Below, piece after piece: positions 9,185 to 18,200 of a stretch of 64,000 nt of DNA. Numbering within the stretch: position 1 is the stretch's first letter; the number at the start of each line of letters is the position of its first letter. Source of the stretch: a virus; the IMG/VR virus record IMGVR_UViG_3300036802_000013, positions 306-64,305 of that record; one strand, 5' to 3'. Position numbers and translations under genes: made by a program. The notes beneath the pieces are model-generated. The model saw only the letters and a list, made by a program, of their open reading frames with translations. It ran no database searches and was not told the DNA's origin.

Positions 9185-9684
9185 GGCTTGACTTATCAAT
9201 GAGCAGCGCAGGCGTAGCAATTATCGACCTAGTAGACGGGTCTTTAGAGCTGCGCACAGCGTATCGCATTAAGACGAACCCGAAACAGCGGCACGGGCAG
9301 CGACTTAATCAGATTGCGCAAGAACTACGCAGCACATTAAAAGAGTACGAGCCTTTCGACACTATCATTCGTGAAAAAGGGTTTAGTAGATTCGCTGCGA
9401 CAACGCAAGCACTATTTAAAGTCGTAGGGGTTAGCGATTTAGTTTTACGAGACTATCATATCGTGGAGCTATCGCCGACAAGTATTAAACGCATTATGAC
9501 AGGCAGCGGAAAGGCAGGAAAACAAGAGGTAGAACTAGCAGTACGGGACGTACTCGGGCTGGGTGATGATTACATCTTCATCAGCGACGACGAGAGCGAC
9601 GCATGTGCAGTAATTCTAGCTTACTTATTAGAGAATAAGATTCTCGAAGAAAAAGAGCCGAAAGAGAGCGGGGAAAATAAATGA
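9166..9684 (+). CDS. RuvC-like Holliday junction resolvase
   Basis: LGLDLS...G, P..IK...TGSGKA.K, DESDA. Confidence 0.85.
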   Translation: MQRRFLGLDLSMSSAGVAIIDLVDGSLELRTAYRIKTNPKQRHGQRLNQIAQELRSTLKEYEPFDTIIREKGFSRFAATTQALFKVVGVSDLVLRDYHIVELSPTSIKRIMTGSGKAGKQEVELAVRDVLGLGDDYIFISDDESDACAVILAYLLENKILEEKEPKESGENK

Positions 9685-10334
9685 CAAAGGGGAAAAAGCC
9701 AGTGTTAGTAATCGACGGAGTAGTAGGATGCGGAAAGACAACGTTAGCAAAGATTTTAGAGAAGGAGTTAGATATGCCTCTATACGAGGAAATCGGCAGT
9801 CAAGATACTATTAACTTACTAGACCGATTCTATGCGAAGCGTACACGATGGGGATTCACGTTACAGATTCATTTCTTAAATACGAGATTCCGCCAAATTA
9901 AGGATATTCACGAAAACGGGGGCGGCATGTTAGATCGCAGTATTTTCGGTGATAGATTATTCGCTGAAATGATGGCAGAGGACTTAGAAGACGGCGGCGA
10001 AGGTATGACGTGGGAAGAGTTCCGCACATACTCGACGTTACTAGACTCTATGCTAGAACATGCGCAAGCACCTACGTTACTAGTATATCTAGAGTGCGAC
10101 GTAGATACGGCAATCGGACGAATTAACAAACGTGACCGAGGGCTAGAAAGTCAAGTAGAACGTGGATACTGGGAACGCCTAAACGACAAGTATACGACAT
10201 GGTTCGAAGGGTACAACGCATCGCCTAAGATTAAGATTAACGTAGCTAACCTAGACTATGCAAACAACGAAGAAGACCGCAAGAAGGTAGTAGAATTAGT
10301 TAAGTCGGAACTAGCGAAGGTAGAGGGGCGCTAG
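9681..10334 (+). CDS. Deoxynucleoside kinase
   Basis: IDGVVGCGKTT, DRSIFGD, RI.KRDR..E. Confidence 0.9.
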   Translation: MTKGKKPVLVIDGVVGCGKTTLAKILEKELDMPLYEEIGSQDTINLLDRFYAKRTRWGFTLQIHFLNTRFRQIKDIHENGGGMLDRSIFGDRLFAEMMAEDLEDGGEGMTWEEFRTYSTLLDSMLEHAQAPTLLVYLECDVDTAIGRINKRDRGLESQVERGYWERLNDKYTTWFEGYNASPKIKINVANLDYANNEEDRKKVVELVKSELAKVEGR

Positions 10335-10365
10335 TTCTGCGCCTCCAATTAGAGGGGGAAAACGA

Positions 10366-11571
10366 ATGGACATGTTAAGAGGAATCTTAGGTATTATCGG
10401 CATTCTAGCTATTGCATTCTTACTATCGAAGGGAAAGAAACACATTAAGGTACGTACGGTAGTCGTAGCGCTAGTAATGCAGCTCGCTTTCGCATTCATC
10501 GTACTAAAATGGAGCGTAGGACAGAAGGCACTAAAAGCAGTTAGCGACGGCGTGCAACACTTTATGAATTTTGCTAACGAGGGTACATCGTTCGTATTCG
10601 GCAGCCTAGCCGACCAAAAAGCACACGGCTTTATTTTCATCTTACACGCACTAATGGTAATCGTATTTATTAGCGCACTAGTATCGGTTTTATATTACTT
10701 CGGCATCATGCAACGAGTGGTAGGGTTCTTCGGGTCTTTCTTCTCAAAAGTGTTAGGCGTATCTAAAATCGAAGGCATTAACGCAGTAGGTTGCGTAGCG
10801 CTAGGCGCATCGGAAGCACCTATTTTAATCAAGCCATACTTAGCGAAGCTAACGAAAGCAGAACTATTTACGGTAATGACATCGGGGCTTACATCGGTAG
10901 CGGGTTCAATCTTAGTAGGTTACGCAGCACTAGGCATTCCACTAGAATACTTATTAACTGCGTCAATCATGGCAATTCCAGCCAGCTTACTTATGGCGAA
11001 GATTATCATGCCCGAGCGTGAAGAAACGAAAATCAAAGATGTAACTCTAGTAAAAGATACAGAGAGCGCAAACATGTTCGACGCTGCTGCGAAAGGTGCG
11101 GGCGAAGGTATGCACATCGTATTCCAAGTAGCTGCGTGTTTAATGGCGTTTATCTCTATCGTAGCAATGCTTAACGGTATTCTAGGTGGTATCGGTCATT
11201 TATTCGGTTACGATGGGTTATCGCTACAATTAATCTTAGGCTACCTATTCGCACCGTTGGCGTTCTTAATCGGCGTGCCGATGGGCGATATTATGACGGC
11301 TGCCTCTTTCATCGGAGAGAAAACAGTATTAAACGAGTTCGTAGCGTACATGCACTTAGCAGGCGCAGACCTATCGCCGAAGGGCTTAATGGTAGTATCG
11401 TTCGCTTTATGCGGGTTCGCTAACTTCTCGGTTATCGCAATCTTACTAGGCAGCATCGGTACATTAGCACCTAGCCGACGTACAGACGTGGCGAAGATGG
11501 GACTACTAGCAATGGTAGCTGGACTACTAGCTAACTTATTAAGTGCTGCGGTAGCGGGTTTAATGTTCTAA
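10366..11571 (+). CDS. nupC: NupC/CNT-family nucleoside transporter
   Basis: Multi-TM 401 aa; G.SFVFG, SEAP..IKPY, K.VLNEFVAY, FALCGFANF. Confidence 0.92.
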   Translation: MDMLRGILGIIGILAIAFLLSKGKKHIKVRTVVVALVMQLAFAFIVLKWSVGQKALKAVSDGVQHFMNFANEGTSFVFGSLADQKAHGFIFILHALMVIVFISALVSVLYYFGIMQRVVGFFGSFFSKVLGVSKIEGINAVGCVALGASEAPILIKPYLAKLTKAELFTVMTSGLTSVAGSILVGYAALGIPLEYLLTASIMAIPASLLMAKIIMPEREETKIKDVTLVKDTESANMFDAAAKGAGEGMHIVFQVAACLMAFISIVAMLNGILGGIGHLFGYDGLSLQLILGYLFAPLAFLIGVPMGDIMTAASFIGEKTVLNEFVAYMHLAGADLSPKGLMVVSFALCGFANFSVIAILLGSIGTLAPSRRTDVAKMGLLAMVAGLLANLLSAAVAGLMF

Positions 11572-11635
11572 GAAAACAGATCATAAAGAAGGCGGGGCGA
11601 AATGCCTCGCTTTTTTCTATATAGGGGGAAACGAA

Positions 11636-11896
11636 ATGATAACATATACACTCGTATTAGTAGACAAAGCGAAAGAAGCTCGCAGACTAAACGCATTGTA
11701 TCGAGAGAGAACTACCGATACATTTCGAATCGAAGCCGTAGGGGTGGGCGAAGTTGTTCACGGAAGAAGGCACGGGGCGCAGCGACCTAACATGCTTATT
11801 GATATGATTCAAGAAGTTCCGCAGGGCTACCCACATTTCGAAGAGTGGTACGCTATGGTTAGGAGGGCGCTTTCACATGACGCAATCTATATGTAA
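11636..11896 (+). CDS. Hypothetical protein
   Basis: RBS GGGGA, coupled to the next ORF. Confidence 0.55.
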   Translation: MITYTLVLVDKAKEARRLNALYRERTTDTFRIEAVGVGEVVHGRRHGAQRPNMLIDMIQEVPQGYPHFEEWYAMVRRALSHDAIYM

Positions 11897-12209
11897 CGAA
11901 GATATTAAGGCACTAATCACTAGGCGCAGATATCAAATATTAGTACACGCCTGCATATACTATCGCTTAAACGATAACATAGTGAGCGATTATACTTACG
12001 ATGCGTGGGCGAAAGAGTTAGCGAAGCTGCAAGAAGAGTACCCAGCCGAAGCAAAGGCGGCAGAGCTTGCGAAGGAGTTCGAAGAGTTTAACGGTGACAC
12101 TACTAGCGGATTTAATCTGCCGATACATCACCCGTACACGGTATCGAAAGCGATACACCTCGTACAATATCATCATAATAGACATAAAAAAGGGCAGTCG
12201 CTTAGTTAG
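11877..12209 (+). CDS. Stand-alone NAD-dependent DNA ligase domain Ia-like protein
   Basis: H...YY....VSD..YD....EL..L...YP pattern; no KxDG adenylation motif. Confidence 0.65.
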   Translation: MTQSICNEDIKALITRRRYQILVHACIYYRLNDNIVSDYTYDAWAKELAKLQEEYPAEAKAAELAKEFEEFNGDTTSGFNLPIHHPYTVSKAIHLVQYHHNRHKKGQSLS

Positions 12210-12624
12210 CGCTGCCTTCTTTCATACGTTCTATTTCTTCTCTTTTTGCGATTTCTCTTTCTACGTTGTAAATGCTATCCGATTCCGTGTAGCGTGATTC
12301 TTGAATAGGTACAAGCTGGATAATTTCGTCTAAGCTAACGCCTAGCACCGTAGCCACTCGTACAATATGTGCGATGTTAAGAAGAATCGTTCTGTTTTCG
12401 CATATATCATTTAGTGCAGGCTGCGATAGCCCACATAATTCTGATAGTGATCGTTGAGAAAGACCGATTTTCTTTAGGTAGTCGCCCAGTACAATCTTTA
12501 CGCCCGTAGGTGTTTTAGATTGGTGTATAGGGGCGATTCCCTTATACTTGTCTTTTTCCCAAACCTCGCTATCTTGTGTTGCCTTGTTAAAGTCGATGTA
12601 TTTTAATGCGTCCATATTGCGCAC
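12202..12624 (-). CDS. XRE-family HTH regulator
   Basis: GLSQRSLSELCGLSQPALNDI...VATVLGVSLDEII. Confidence 0.8.
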   Translation of the reverse strand: MRNMDALKYIDFNKATQDSEVWEKDKYKGIAPIHQSKTPTGVKIVLGDYLKKIGLSQRSLSELCGLSQPALNDICENRTILLNIAHIVRVATVLGVSLDEIIQLVPIQESRYTESDSIYNVEREIAKREEIERMKEGSAN

Positions 12625-12720
12625 TCACCTTTCTGTTATAGCGTTCCCGTATTAAGTTAATTTTATAATAGCATCATCGAATAGTATGCGCAAGGGATAG
12701 GCTGTAATTTAATTAAAAAG

Positions 12721-12749
12721 TTGACAGCGTACGCATTACAGGATACAAT
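12721..12749 (+). promoter_or_regulatory. SigA promoter of the hicB-like gene
   Basis: TTGACA-17-TACAAT. Confidence 0.7.
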
Positions 12750-12788
12750 ATAAGCAGCTTAAAATATTGAATGATAAGGGGAATCTAT

Positions 12789-13106
12789 ATGCAAGGTAAA
12801 AAGTATGCGGTAGTTATCACGGAGAAGACATGTGAGAGCAACTGGGATAAAAATACGTTTATGGCACTACTTCCAGCGTTCAATAACGGATATGTATATG
12901 CGAGAACATACGCAAGCAATCTAAAAGAGTTACTTGTTAACGTGGAAGACTTAATAGAGCAGGAAGAGTCGTACTTATTAAATAAAGGGCAGCAGCTTCC
13001 GACTTATATAGAAGTAACTAGCGAAGGCGCTTCCGAGTACCTGCCGCTAGATGAATTAGAAGCAGACGAAGCATTCGTAAATACATTCGTTACTACGTTA
13101 CCTTAG
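12789..13106 (+). CDS. hicB: HicB-like antitoxin (no DNA-binding domain)
   Basis: Y.VVI...FMALLPAF...TYA.NL.EL..NV pattern; next to a hicA-like gene. Confidence 0.55.
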   Translation: MQGKKYAVVITEKTCESNWDKNTFMALLPAFNNGYVYARTYASNLKELLVNVEDLIEQEESYLLNKGQQLPTYIEVTSEGASEYLPLDELEADEAFVNTFVTTLP

Positions 13107-13136
13107 GGTAGCGTATTTTTTGTTTAAAATTAATTG

Positions 13137-13220
13137 TTGACATGTTTACGCTATTAGTTTAGTATAAGGAACGTAGACAACGAACTACACAGCGAATACA
13201 AAACGAAAGAGGTACATAAC
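13137..13220 (+). promoter_or_regulatory. SigA promoter with conserved cassette leader
   Basis: TTGACA-17-TAGTAT, GTAGacaacgaaCTAC 13173-13188, AAACGAAAGAGG. Confidence 0.75.
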
Positions 13221-13460
13221 ATGGCGAAGAAAGACAAGTTAATTGAAAAGGCAATGCGCAAAGGTAAAACGATGAAAGGCACGGAGCTTCGAAAAGTTGC
13301 CGAGGCGTACGGCTGGTATCGTGACCCACAGCAAGGTAACGCTACTTCTCATAAGCATTGGATACACGACGAATACGACCATAAAGTAACGATAATGGCT
13401 CGTGACCATAGACCGAAAGAGGTAGAGGGGGTACTAAAACAGCTACGTATAATTGATTGA
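13221..13460 (+). CDS. hicA: HicA-like mRNA interferase toxin
   Basis: Basic 79 aa; EL.K.AE.YGW...TSH...H...VTI..H pattern. Confidence 0.65.
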   Translation: MAKKDKLIEKAMRKGKTMKGTELRKVAEAYGWYRDPQQGNATSHKHWIHDEYDHKVTIMARDHRPKEVEGVLKQLRIID

Positions 13461-13505
13461 TAGAGGGCGCTATAGGCGCTCTTTTTCTTTGTTTAAAATT
13501 AAATG

Positions 13506-13535
13506 TTGACAGGTTTAACCTTTCAATGTTATTCT
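13506..13535 (+). promoter_or_regulatory. SigA promoter with operator variant
   Basis: TTGACA...TATTCT; TGACA-N9-TTTCA. Confidence 0.6.
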
Positions 13536-13568
13536 TTTTACGAGCTAATAAAAACGGAGGTTATACAT

Positions 13569-13937
13569 ATGACAGAACAATTAAGCCTATTCGAAGCATT
13601 CGGCGTAGAGCTATTCGACGCACGCATACATGACGAGGCAGTAAAAGAAGCGAAAAGAAACTCTATGAAAAACGCAACGGCTGCGAAGACAACGACAGTA
13701 GCAGTACCAGCGGTAGAACCAAAAGAAGAAATTAAGCAAACTATAGATAGAGCGCTAGCGCCTACGTGGAGAGTTGAGCTATTCGATAAGGATAAGGCAC
13801 AACGTTTCGCATGGTATCGCTGCGAGGACGAAGAAGAAGCGAGAGCCGCTACGAAGAAAGAGTACGCAGGATTATTCGCTATAATAGAAGTGCGAGAGTC
13901 AGAATACACGCTCGAAGAAATCGAAGCTATGGACTGA
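13569..13937 (+). CDS. Hypothetical protein with N-terminal QLSLF (beta-clamp-binding-like) motif
   Basis: RBS GGAGG; starts MTEQLSLF. Confidence 0.65.
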   Translation: MTEQLSLFEAFGVELFDARIHDEAVKEAKRNSMKNATAAKTTTVAVPAVEPKEEIKQTIDRALAPTWRVELFDKDKAQRFAWYRCEDEEEARAATKKEYAGLFAIIEVRESEYTLEEIEAMD

Positions 13938-13944
13938 TTAATAC

Positions 13945-13973
13945 TTTACATTTACGCATACTGCGTATATAAT
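13945..13973 (+). promoter_or_regulatory. SigA promoter containing a TTACGC-N5-GCGTAT operator
   Basis: TTTACA-17-TATAAT with the palindrome in the spacer. Confidence 0.65.
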
Positions 13974-14006
13974 AGGTCGTAGATAATACGAAAAGGTGGA
14001 ATACAT

Positions 14007-14309
14007 ATGAACGGTAAAAAACTATGGACTATATTACGTGGCATTGCGTGGACTAACATAGGTATGGGCGTTTTAGGGTTCTTGTACGGTCTTAGTCTAA
14101 CGGTAACGACAAATAGCACATACTCAACGTACACAGAGCCGCACCCCGACCGCTGGGTCGCAGCGTTTACGCTATTGCTTGCGGGCTTAATGTCTAGCCT
14201 TGTTTTCTTCTTCCTTGCAAGAGTACTTGAAGACAGCGCAACGAAAGAAGTTATTCTACGTGATATGTTAAAGAAAATCGACTCATTAGATAAGAAAACG
14301 AAGTACTAG
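14007..14309 (+). CDS. Two-TM membrane protein
   Basis: Two hydrophobic segments; own promoter and terminator. Confidence 0.7.
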   Translation: MNGKKLWTILRGIAWTNIGMGVLGFLYGLSLTVTTNSTYSTYTEPHPDRWVAAFTLLLAGLMSSLVFFFLARVLEDSATKEVILRDMLKKIDSLDKKTKY

Positions 14310-14361
14310 GGCGCTATAGGCGCTCTTTTTTTTATGCCCAAATTATCATCGAAATAATATG

Positions 14362-14441
14362 TTGACAGCGTGCGCCTTTCAGTGTAATATAATAAACGTA
14401 GCAGGCGAGCTACTAGAAAGCATACGAAAGAGGTCGTACAT
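14362..14441 (+). promoter_or_regulatory. SigA promoter with conserved cassette leader
   Basis: TTGACA-17-TAATAT, GTAGCaggcgaGCTAC 14398-14413, ACGAAAGAGG. Confidence 0.75.
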
Positions 14442-14603
14442 ATGAACAAAGAAACAATTGAAAAGTTAAAAGAGGAATCGGTATTCGTTTACTACGCTAC
14501 CGAGAACCCGCTAGGCTGCTTATTCTTAATCGTGTTTAACGCAGTACTACTAGTCGGCAGTTACTTCATTATCAAAGTAACGCTAGATTTAGTAATCGGG
14601 TAA
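14442..14603 (+). CDS. 53-aa membrane peptide
   Basis: MNKETIEKLKEES...LFLIVFNAVLLVGSYFII...; below the ORF-track cutoff; conserved RBS. Confidence 0.65.
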   Translation: MNKETIEKLKEESVFVYYATENPLGCLFLIVFNAVLLVGSYFIIKVTLDLVIG

Positions 14604-14657
14604 CACAGGGGGCGCTCGAAAGGGCGCTCACTCTTATATAACTAAAGGGGATATCAT

Positions 14658-14762
14658 ATGATTTCGTATATCAAAAGATTAATATGCAAAATGCGAGGCT
14701 ATCACAGAATGGACTATACATATGATTACTGCGTTACATGCGGAAAGAAGAGAAGCAAGTAA
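14658..14762 (+). CDS. 34-aa Cys/His peptide
   Basis: MISYIKRLICKMRGYH...CVTCGK; RBS AAAGGGG. Confidence 0.5.
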   Translation: MISYIKRLICKMRGYHRMDYTYDYCVTCGKKRSK

Positions 14763-14968
14763 TGTACGGGTACTTTTACAACGGCAATACAGTTAATTAT
14801 TACTACAGTATAATTACGGACGAGATATATTACTACTTCGTGCATGACAGCGGACACGAAGGCAACGAGGCGCAGACAGTCGGCATATACCGAGGACTGA
14901 CGCTAGAGCAATTCATACACGTATGCAGGGAAGACGAAAACGGACAACTACATAAGGAATTTAGATAG
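14762..14968 (+). CDS. Hypothetical protein
   Basis: TAATG coupling; terminator follows. Confidence 0.55.
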   Translation: MYGYFYNGNTVNYYYSIITDEIYYYFVHDSGHEGNEAQTVGIYRGLTLEQFIHVCREDENGQLHKEFR

Positions 14969-14994
14969 GGCGCTATAGGCGCTCTTTTTTTATG

Positions 14995-15023
14995 CCAACT
15001 TTTCGAAGCTGCTGCGCCTAGAG
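14995..15023 (+). promoter_or_regulatory. Phage-specific promoter motif
   Basis: ccaa-N15-gcgcctagag. Confidence 0.7.
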
Positions 15024-15045
15024 AACTGCGAAGGGAGGTGCGACA

Positions 15046-15822
15046 GTGGGCGCAAAGCTATACGCAAAGCTAGGAACTATGGCAGCAGGTAAAAGCCTAG
15101 AGCTGCTAAAGACAGCCGACACATTCGAGCGCACAGGTAAACGGGTTATGATCCTAACGCCTGCGCTAGACACTCGCCACGGTATCGGAAAAGTTACGAG
15201 CCGTATCGGGTTGCAGCGTGACGCTATACCAATTACAGAGGCGGACGATATCGCACAGTTAGCGTATACGTACGATCCGCATGTAGTGCTGGTAGACGAA
15301 TCGCAGTTCTTATCCGCAAGTATGGTGCAGGAACTAGCCTGCGGCGTTGTGGACGAGCTGGACATACCTGTAATAGCGTTCGGACTAAAGAACACTTTCC
15401 AAAACAAACTATTCGAAGGTACAGCGGCGCTAATGGTGTACGCAGATAGTATCGAAGAAATCAAAGGGCTATGCCAGCATTGCGAACGCAAAGCGATCAT
15501 GAATCTTCGACTAGTGGACGGTGTGCCATCGTACGAGGGCGATACGGTACAGATAGGCAGCGAAGAGTATATAAGCGTATGCCGCAAACATTATTACAAA
15601 AACAAGGAGGAAATACCTTATGAAGAAGTTAGTACCAATCAAATGCGAGTTAAGACAATCACCACGCCAGCCGAGAACGTTTCACCTAATCGAGCTGAAG
15701 ACGGGCAGAGAGAAGTTAGTAGCGTTTGGCGGAATCTTTCCGTTAAAGGCATCAAAAAAACTTATGCACGAATTACAAAACGACTACGGGGTAAAAGTCG
15801 TAAACATGCACGACTTCTATAA
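15046..15822 (+). CDS. tdk: Thymidine kinase
   Basis: GTMAAGKS.ELL, VDESQF, F...LFEG, C..C...Y.SVCRKHY. Confidence 0.92.
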   Translation: MGAKLYAKLGTMAAGKSLELLKTADTFERTGKRVMILTPALDTRHGIGKVTSRIGLQRDAIPITEADDIAQLAYTYDPHVVLVDESQFLSASMVQELACGVVDELDIPVIAFGLKNTFQNKLFEGTAALMVYADSIEEIKGLCQHCERKAIMNLRLVDGVPSYEGDTVQIGSEEYISVCRKHYYKNKEEIPYEEVSTNQMRVKTITTPAENVSPNRAEDGQREVSSVWRNLSVKGIKKTYARITKRLRGKSRKHARLL

Positions 15823-15865
15823 AGAAGTACGCAAGCAGATTAAAGGGGGCGTATTGAATGGGTAG
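15620..15865 (+). CDS. Hypothetical protein overlapping the TK tail
   Basis: Strong RBS AAGGAGG at ~15604; coupled to the next gene. Confidence 0.6.
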   Translation: MKKLVPIKCELRQSPRQPRTFHLIELKTGREKLVAFGGIFPLKASKKLMHELQNDYGVKVVNMHDFYKEVRKQIKGGVLNG

Positions 15866-16595
15866 GACAAAGGTAGCCGTAGGTGTATTCGCTGCGTTGC
15901 TACTACTCGTAATCTTCCCGCTGGGTATAAGCGAAATCAAAGAAGGCAAAGAAAAGATCGCAACGCTCGAAACTGATTTACTACGTGAAAAAGCCGAGCA
16001 TACAAAGGCTTCGAAACATTACCAGCAGGAGAAGGAGAAAGTAGACGGGCTTAATAGTCAAGTTAATGCGTTAGAGGACGAGCTAGGGAATGCGAGAGCA
16101 GAACTAGGGGAGGCGCAGCAAGAAACAAAGGCAGCAAAAGAAGAAGCAGAGGTAGCGAAAGCCGAGGTAGAAAAGTTAAAAAAGGCTAGAGCGTCCGCCG
16201 TTAAAAAACCGCCAGTACAACGAGAGGAAGCAAAAGCGCCACCGAAAGAGGCGCAAGCACCGAAAGAAGTACAGGCAGCACCAGCGAAGGCAGAAGAGCC
16301 AAGCGGAAACGGTGGGCGCAAAGTATCATTTATCGTCACTGCATATGGAGCAGACTGCGCAGGGTGTCAAGGTAAGACGGCAAGCGGTACAGACTACGCA
16401 AAAGGTCGAACTATCGCAGCACCACCGCAGTACGCTTTCGGCACTAGAATCGAAATACCCGAACTAGGCGGCACATTCGTCGTCGAAGACCGAGGCGGTG
16501 CGATACAAGGAAATAAGCTAGACCTATTCTACGGTACAGAGGCGGAAGCATTGGGCTTCGGGGTACGAGTTGTAGAGGGAATAGTATACGACTAG
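15858..16595 (+). CDS. Membrane-anchored coiled-coil 3D-domain (peptidoglycan-active) protein
   Basis: N-terminal TM, coiled coil, TAY...G.TASG...IAAP..FGT...VEDRGGAI.G.KLDLF. Confidence 0.85.
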   Translation: MGRTKVAVGVFAALLLLVIFPLGISEIKEGKEKIATLETDLLREKAEHTKASKHYQQEKEKVDGLNSQVNALEDELGNARAELGEAQQETKAAKEEAEVAKAEVEKLKKARASAVKKPPVQREEAKAPPKEAQAPKEVQAAPAKAEEPSGNGGRKVSFIVTAYGADCAGCQGKTASGTDYAKGRTIAAPPQYAFGTRIEIPELGGTFVVEDRGGAIQGNKLDLFYGTEAEALGFGVRVVEGIVYD

Positions 16596-16624
16596 GGACG
16601 CTTAACGGCGTCTCTTTTTTTATG

Positions 16625-16653
16625 CCAAAATTACGATCCTGCTGCGCCTATAG
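16625..16653 (+). promoter_or_regulatory. Phage-specific promoter motif
   Basis: ccaa-N15-gcgcctatag. Confidence 0.7.
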
Positions 16654-16692
16654 AAATGAAAGCAATACAAAAACGAAAAGAGGTAATGAAAC

Positions 16693-16866
16693 ATGAAAGA
16701 AATTACATTCGCTCGCATATGGTTCTTAGTAGGCGCAGGAGACATCGCAGCAGCAGTACATCAATATCACAAGGGAGAAGGCATGTTCATGGTAGTATTC
16801 GCAGCACTAGCCGCGGTACTTTGCTATGTTATCGGATTCTCATACGTAAAGGGGCGTAGTGAATAA
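16693..16866 (+). CDS. 57-aa membrane peptide
   Basis: MKEITFARIWFLVG...; RBS AAGAGG; TAATG coupling. Confidence 0.6.
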   Translation: MKEITFARIWFLVGAGDIAAAVHQYHKGEGMFMVVFAALAAVLCYVIGFSYVKGRSE

Positions 16867-17444
16867 TGGATACATTACAAACGAGAGAACCTGTAGTAAT
16901 CGGACTAGCGGGCAAGATGCGAACGGGTAAGGATACAATCGCCCGCCTTATGTCACAGGTAAAGCGTGGTAGCTTCCATAGAGCGGCATACGGTGACGAA
17001 TTAAAGAGCGATTACCACGAAAAGCACGGATTCCCAACAGACGGAAAAGCTCGCAAGGGCTACCAAGACCACGGACAAGCCGAACGAAAGAAAGACCCGC
17101 TTGTATGGGTAAAGAAGTTAGATTCTACTTTAGTAATCCTGCGTGAGCTTATGGGTCAAAACGTAGTAATTACGGACGTACGCCAGCCGAACGAGGTCGA
17201 GCATATTCGAAAGATGGGCGGCTATATCATTCGTGTGAACGTTGACGACGAAATTCGTCTCGCTCGTATGAATGCCAAAGGCGACAACTTTACGCAAGCT
17301 GATCTTGTTCATGAGACAGAAATGTCTATCGACACTTTCGACGTAGATTACGAGCTTACGAATAACGAGGGTATCACGGAATTAGTACACCAACTAGACC
17401 CGATTCTATTAGATATCGACAGAAGATGGAGGGAGGGCGAATAG
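16866..17444 (+). CDS. Deoxynucleoside monophosphate kinase
   Basis: IGLAGKMRTGKDT, VVITDVRQPNE, H.TE. Confidence 0.8.
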   Translation: MDTLQTREPVVIGLAGKMRTGKDTIARLMSQVKRGSFHRAAYGDELKSDYHEKHGFPTDGKARKGYQDHGQAERKKDPLVWVKKLDSTLVILRELMGQNVVITDVRQPNEVEHIRKMGGYIIRVNVDDEIRLARMNAKGDNFTQADLVHETEMSIDTFDVDYELTNNEGITELVHQLDPILLDIDRRWREGE

Positions 17445-17582
17445 ATGGAAGAGTGCTGCGTAGTGTGCGGCGCACATATCCAACAGGGCGATATATGTTA
17501 TCAGCATTATAATCAGCTCGCATGTAGTGAAGGGTGCGCATTAGATTTAGCAGGGGTAGAAGAGGGCATTATGGGCGAATAA
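17445..17582 (+). CDS. 45-aa Cys-rich zinc-finger-like peptide
   Basis: CVVCG...CSEGC; RBS GGAGGG. Confidence 0.5.
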   Translation: MEECCVVCGAHIQQGDICYQHYNQLACSEGCALDLAGVEEGIMGE

Positions 17583-17609
17583 AAAAGACGCTCGTATGAG
17601 CGCCTGTTA

Positions 17610-18125
17610 TTAGTTAGCTTTCGCTTCGGCTTTCGCTTTCGCAGCGGCTTCGGCTTGTTGCTTGCGATTTAGTTTTGGGTTTGGTACTGCTGCTGCTTTC
17701 GCTTCGGCTTCGGCAGCGGCGGCTTCCATAGCTGCTACTTTTTCTTCATGTATGAATGAGAATACACCTACATAGTCTTTGAAATCTTCGTCTAAGAAGT
17801 ACTTAACACTTTTCTTTTCTTCACCGTCGGGCTTAATTCCAGCTTGTTCTATGAATGTTTTAGCGCTCGCATAGGCTCTATCACCACTAAAGCGGAATGG
17901 TTTTTTCTCGGGGTCTGCATGTTCACTATCGAAACGCACTAGGTAGATCGTACCGTCAACGTGTCCTATCTGTACATCAGTAGGTACTGACTTCGTAATA
18001 CCGAAACGTTTCTGCGTATCAGAGTTCATGTATATGCGTCCCTGCGAGTCCACGGAAATATAAGGTTTTTCAGACTTTTGTTTCTCATTAGAGAAGATAC
18101 CGAAATCAATTTTCTTTCCAGTCAT
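17610..18125 (-). CDS. Hypothetical protein (possible AbrB-like fold)
   Basis: ISVDSQGRIY pattern; isolated minus-strand gene with terminator at 17581-17605. Confidence 0.65.
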   Translation of the reverse strand: MTGKKIDFGIFSNEKQKSEKPYISVDSQGRIYMNSDTQKRFGITKSVPTDVQIGHVDGTIYLVRFDSEHADPEKKPFRFSGDRAYASAKTFIEQAGIKPDGEEKKSVKYFLDEDFKDYVGVFSFIHEEKVAAMEAAAAEAEAKAAAVPNPKLNRKQQAEAAAKAKAEAKAN

Positions 18126-18200
18126 AAATAATCAACCTTTCATATATAGAATTTTCATTATCTAGTATACACGTAAATCTAAAAGGAGGCAATACGAAAC

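Noticed and set aside
10338-10347. TGCGCCTCC (also TGCGCCTTT at 14371) as extra promoter-motif copies
   Set aside because: They lack the TA(G/T)AG end and the upstream CC at the 19-nt offset
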